Of a stretch of DNA of 64,000 nt, positions 60,569 through 64,000 are shown piece by piece. The DNA is from an uncultured cyanobacterium. Lineage in GTDB: Bacteria > Cyanobacteriota > Cyanobacteriia > Cyanobacteriales > Nostocaceae. The stretch lies in contig CAIVAU010000183.1 of NCBI GenBank assembly GCA_903903925.1, forward strand, positions 69 to 64,068, in the 5' to 3' direction. Position numbers and translations under genes: made by a program. The notes below the pieces were generated by a model. That model saw only the letters and a list, made by a program, of their open reading frames with translations. It made no database searches and was not told where the DNA came from. Each line of letters begins with the position of its first letter. The stretch's first letter is position 1.

Positions 60569-61606
60569 TTAAGGTTTATCAGGGATGCTAGAGTGGTATA
60601 ATTGCTCATATCGCTTTACAATCACTGGAGCAGAAAAGCACTCTTGCACCCGTTGACGGCAGTTACGGCGATCAATCTTAGATAATTGCTCAATAGCAAC
60701 ACAGGTTTCCTCAACGCTGTTGACTAGGTAGCCTTCTATACCTTGACGCACAATTTCAGGTAGTGCGCCTCGATGACAAGAAATGACGGGAGTCCCACAG
60801 GCTAAGGCTTCAGCAAAAACAATACCGAAAGGTTCATCCCATTCAATTGGGACAATGATAGCTACAGCTTGACCTAGCAGTTCGTTTTTCTGAATGTCGT
60901 TGACTGCGCCAATGTACTCAATACCATCCTTACCAATATAAGGAGCAATTTTCTCTTGCCAATAAAGCTTTCCTTCATCAGTATTTACTTGGTTCCCAGC
61001 AATGACTAGACGCCTTCCGGCTTTGCGAGCTGCGGCGATCGCTGTATGCGCTCCCTTGATCCGTTCAATCCTACTCAAAAATACTAACGGTGCATCATCT
61101 GCAACCGTTGGCTGGAAGGTATACCTCTCTAATTCTACGCAGTTGTGAATGGTATGCCAAACTCCCCCAGCAGCTTGCCCAATGCGGCAAATGTAATCAC
61201 TGCAACCTGTAAAAGTGAGGGAACCTCTTGCTAGTTTTGCACCCCACCTCGTAGTACGGCGGCTAGGGTAGCGTTGGTAAGACATCACCTTGGGAAGTCT
61301 GGAGTATAGAATAGGCAGTAGGTAAAGGATGCGAGAAAAACTGTGGATTAAGTCAGGTTGAAATTTTTGAACTGCTGACCATAGGGTAACAGTATTCTGG
61401 AATGCATCAAATTTGTCTTGCGATCGCAGCCCTTGCCAACGAAAAAGTTGGTCAGCTGGTGAGGTTGAGCTAGGATGGGCAACAAGTCCGACGGTATGAC
61501 TGCGAGCTTGTAGTCCCGTAACCAATAGGTCAACTATGCGCTCAATACCACCGTATAACTTTGGAGGCACTGGCAGTTCAGGATCGGCGGTCAGTAAAAT
61601 ACGCAT
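60569..61606 (-). CDS. GT-B glycosyltransferase (GT4-like)
   Basis: MRILLTADPELPVPPKLYGGIERIV, LSRIERIKGAHTAI, WDEPFGIVFAEALACGTPVI. Confidence 0.85.
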   Translation of the reverse strand: MRILLTADPELPVPPKLYGGIERIVDLLVTGLQARSHTVGLVAHPSSTSPADQLFRWQGLRSQDKFDAFQNTVTLWSAVQKFQPDLIHSFSRILYLLPILYSRLPKVMSYQRYPSRRTTRWGAKLARGSLTFTGCSDYICRIGQAAGGVWHTIHNCVELERYTFQPTVADDAPLVFLSRIERIKGAHTAIAAARKAGRRLVIAGNQVNTDEGKLYWQEKIAPYIGKDGIEYIGAVNDIQKNELLGQAVAIIVPIEWDEPFGIVFAEALACGTPVISCHRGALPEIVRQGIEGYLVNSVEETCVAIEQLSKIDRRNCRQRVQECFSAPVIVKRYEQLYHSSIPDKP

Positions 61607-61654
61607 ATGTTCAATACTTCGGCGTGCATAACCTTCTTGATGAGATTATTTAAA

Positions 61655-62638
61655 TCAGAAAACATGAGTTTGTGATGAGGATGAATTTGTCAAAAAATCT
61701 TTCCATGCAGACAAATTAATGTCCGCATAACCTCTTTGCTCTACTGGGACTCGACCTTGCAAAACAGCCTTCTGAATCTTCGGTAGAAGTTCTATGTAAT
61801 CCGATGGTTTAGTTGCTGGATGTAAAAGCCATGCTTTCTCAGACTTAAGATTAAGTCGCCAACCTCCAGCACCACCTACTCGCTTAAAAAGCATAATCTC
61901 AGGCGACCTAGGATAACCACGATTTAAATATTTCACGAGTAAGGTTTCTAGTAGTAGACTACCTTGAATTAGGGGTAAATAACTAAATAATTTATCTTTA
62001 TCTATTACGTAACAGCGATTACTGAACCAATCGTTACGCCACCCTCCTTCTACAGGAATAAAAGGTCGCCCTTCATGAACACTTGGGGCATCAGGAAGGT
62101 TTTTTTCTTTGCTAAAGGGAGGACTAATTCTTGGACTAGCAGCCACCGCCTTAGAATCTTTATCCATGAATTTTCTAGCTTCAGTTGACCAATCATAATC
62201 TGGTGCTTGGTACAGCAGCATATCCGCATCGTAGTGAATTAGGTAGCGGGTGGTAGTTACCTCGAAAGCTGCTAAGTAGGACATGAGAGCACATCCTCCG
62301 TAGTCATGTGTCTCCTTTACCAAGTTCCCCAAGTACTTGCGAGAGAGAATTGGCTGTAAAGAATTTCCTGGACGCAAATAAATAATTTTATCCAGATAAC
62401 CTTTGATTTTAAGTTCTTCAGCAATTGCACAAATTTTTTCTACTCGCTGACTGAACTCAGGTTCACCAAAGCGACTTTTTGGATCGACAATCTTGGTTTT
62501 TTGTGGTCGGCAACAGTCTACGATAGCTACTGTTTCATCCACATAGGAACGATGAGCGTTTACTAGGGTTGGAACAGTTATTAGTGCGTAATTGATATCG
62601 CCTGGTGAGAGATTGATTTGTAAAGTGACATCATGCAT
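61655..62638 (-). CDS. hypothetical protein of the polysaccharide cluster
   Basis: 327-330 aa ORF (ATG at 62638, GTG at 62647). The only hint is a DxD-like HYDADM. No family recognised. Confidence 0.4.
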   Translation of the reverse strand: MHDVTLQINLSPGDINYALITVPTLVNAHRSYVDETVAIVDCCRPQKTKIVDPKSRFGEPEFSQRVEKICAIAEELKIKGYLDKIIYLRPGNSLQPILSRKYLGNLVKETHDYGGCALMSYLAAFEVTTTRYLIHYDADMLLYQAPDYDWSTEARKFMDKDSKAVAASPRISPPFSKEKNLPDAPSVHEGRPFIPVEGGWRNDWFSNRCYVIDKDKLFSYLPLIQGSLLLETLLVKYLNRGYPRSPEIMLFKRVGGAGGWRLNLKSEKAWLLHPATKPSDYIELLPKIQKAVLQGRVPVEQRGYADINLSAWKDFLTNSSSSQTHVF

Positions 62639-62640
62639 TT

Positions 62641-63426
62641 CTACCACCTAGCTATAGCTTGAGTAAAGTTATCCTCTTGGACTGATTTCAATATTTGCCC
62701 ATGAATATCTTCCACAACTGCTCCAGAGTTAAGTAACAGTTGTAAACATTGATTTGGATTACCAAAGTGGTTAAAATTCAATGGATGGAGTTCGATTAAT
62801 AAACATATGTTATCTAGGTTTTTAAAATTTATTAGTTGCTGCATTAGTGTTGTTTCAAAACCCTCCACATCTATTTTAAAAAGGCATTTACAAGAATAAG
62901 AGTATTCATTAATCAACTCCGCAAAATCAATACTTTTAACTGATGTTCCTGAATTACTGACATGACCTGTTACCGAGCCACCTTCATCAAAAATGAGTAC
63001 ACCATCTTGATTTGATACAGCTGCTTCAATGACCTTTACTCGCTCAGTTAGACGGTTAAGACGGAGAGATTCTTGAAGTAAAGAAACAGCACGGAAATTA
63101 GGTTCAATGCAAATTGCTTTTATATTTGGGTTTCTTAAACAAATAGATAACGTCATAGCTCCTAAATTAGAGCCAATATCAATCAAAATTTCGTAATCTA
63201 GCGATAGTGATAGCAACTTGTCTTGGAGTTCGCCATCAAAGGTTTCGTATCGGCGTTTACCAGTCCAAGCCCAAGAATGTTCTACAGCATCCAAGCAAAT
63301 AACCCCTCCGTGAAAAGGCTGATGGAGAGTCGATCCGCGAAAAAATTGCTTGGCGATCACTCGTAAGGCGGAAACTCTGTGAAGTTTAGGAACAAGCCAA
63401 TCACTAGTGCGTTGTTTAAGTTTCAT
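62641..63426 (-). CDS. FkbM-family methyltransferase
   Basis: ILIDIGSNLGAM, CIEPNF, LFKIDVEGFETTLMQ. Confidence 0.82.
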   Translation of the reverse strand: MKLKQRTSDWLVPKLHRVSALRVIAKQFFRGSTLHQPFHGGVICLDAVEHSWAWTGKRRYETFDGELQDKLLSLSLDYEILIDIGSNLGAMTLSICLRNPNIKAICIEPNFRAVSLLQESLRLNRLTERVKVIEAAVSNQDGVLIFDEGGSVTGHVSNSGTSVKSIDFAELINEYSYSCKCLFKIDVEGFETTLMQQLINFKNLDNICLLIELHPLNFNHFGNPNQCLQLLLNSGAVVEDIHGQILKSVQEDNFTQAIARW

Positions 63427-63450
63427 TGTTCAACTTCAGTTAAAGGGAGG

Positions 63451-64000
63451 TTAATATATAAGCGATGGGAGAATTTTTGCCTGCTGCTCCCAACAAAACT
63501 GCTCTTTGGCGGCTTTCTTGGCTGCTGCTTTGGCAGCATTCAATTTGTCAGGTGTTCTCAGCAATTCCTCTAAAGCAAGAGCAAGAGCTAAAGGGTTGCG
63601 ATTGGGAATTAATCGACCTATTGCAGGTCGTTGGGAGAATATTTCTCGCTGACCTGCTGTGTCTGTGGCTATTATAGCTAAGCCTGCAAGCATGTACTGA
63701 AAGAGTTTATTTGTGACTGTAAGATTGCGGCTAACAATATCAGTAGTTTCCAAAGCTAGACCGATATCATGCTCAGCGACACGAGATAGTAACTCAGCAT
63801 TGGAAACGGTGGGATGAATGAATACGTGATCGCCCCACTGGGATGGTACTAGTGCATCTAACCACTGACGAGCGCTTTCAGGATAGTTACCCCGTAGATG
63901 AATTTCTACTGGTGTTGTCAGGTAAGTTAGAGCTTGGAAGAGAGTTTCTAGCCCTCTCGCGGGTCCAATGGTTTGGGAAAACCAGTGTAGAGAAGGCAGG
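63451..64000 (-). CDS. GT-B glycosyltransferase, C-terminal part (gene continues past the right edge)
   Basis: I checked the frame by hand from 63754 to 64000 and found no stop (..GDHVFIHPTVSNAELLSRVAEHDIGLALETTD..). The C-terminal NKLFQYMLAGLAIIATD is GT4-like. Confidence 0.75.
   Translation of the reverse strand, partial: LPSLHWFSQTIGPARGLETLFQALTYLTTPVEIHLRGNYPESARQWLDALVPSQWGDHVFIHPTVSNAELLSRVAEHDIGLALETTDIVSRNLTVTNKLFQYMLAGLAIIATDTAGQREIFSQRPAIGRLIPNRNPLALALALEELLRTPDKLNAAKAAAKKAAKEQFCWEQQAKILPSLIY

Overview
This 64 kb window looks like a chromosomal segment of a filamentous, Nostocales-type cyanobacterium. The evidence is by eye: many GCGATCGC (HIP1) palindromes, heptamer (STRR-like) tandem arrays at gene boundaries, nested hairpin/MITE-like small dispersed repeats, and an nblA gene.

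The left two thirds hold housekeeping and accessory genes. Recognised housekeeping genes are nblA, ftsH, alaS, the ctaCDE cytochrome c oxidase operon and heme oxygenase. Other calls are an ABC-F ATPase, an MsbA-type ABC exporter, two HEINNP-type sensor kinases, a P450, a CruP-like flavoprotein, a GldG-like protein and a GGDEF protein.

Accessory and mobile content includes:
- a DUF1778 antitoxin next to an internally deleted GNAT toxin
- two unlinked 'small ORF + short HNH nuclease' cassettes
- two Uma2 nucleases
- an ISL3-type element with an 8-bp target duplication, about 130-bp inverted ends, a truncated transposase and a four-helix-bundle passenger gene
- a 1270-aa TPS-domain (filamentous-hemagglutinin-type) exoprotein with no TpsB partner in the window

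The right 17.4 kb (46584 to the edge) is one co-directional, tightly packed polysaccharide island. It has about 9 glycosyltransferases, 3 FkbM methyltransferases, an AsnB-type amidotransferase, a WcaF-type acetyltransferase, a Wzy-like membrane protein and one protein of unknown function. It also carries an acyltransferase-3 gene remnant and translated heptamer repeats at a gene junction.

I recognised no rRNA, tRNA or CRISPR array by eye. All family assignments rest on motifs read from the supplied translations. No database search was run. I found no clear-cut new multi-gene system. The best candidates for something undescribed are the decorated-glycan island, the duplicated HNH cassettes and the structured two-hairpin repeat family.
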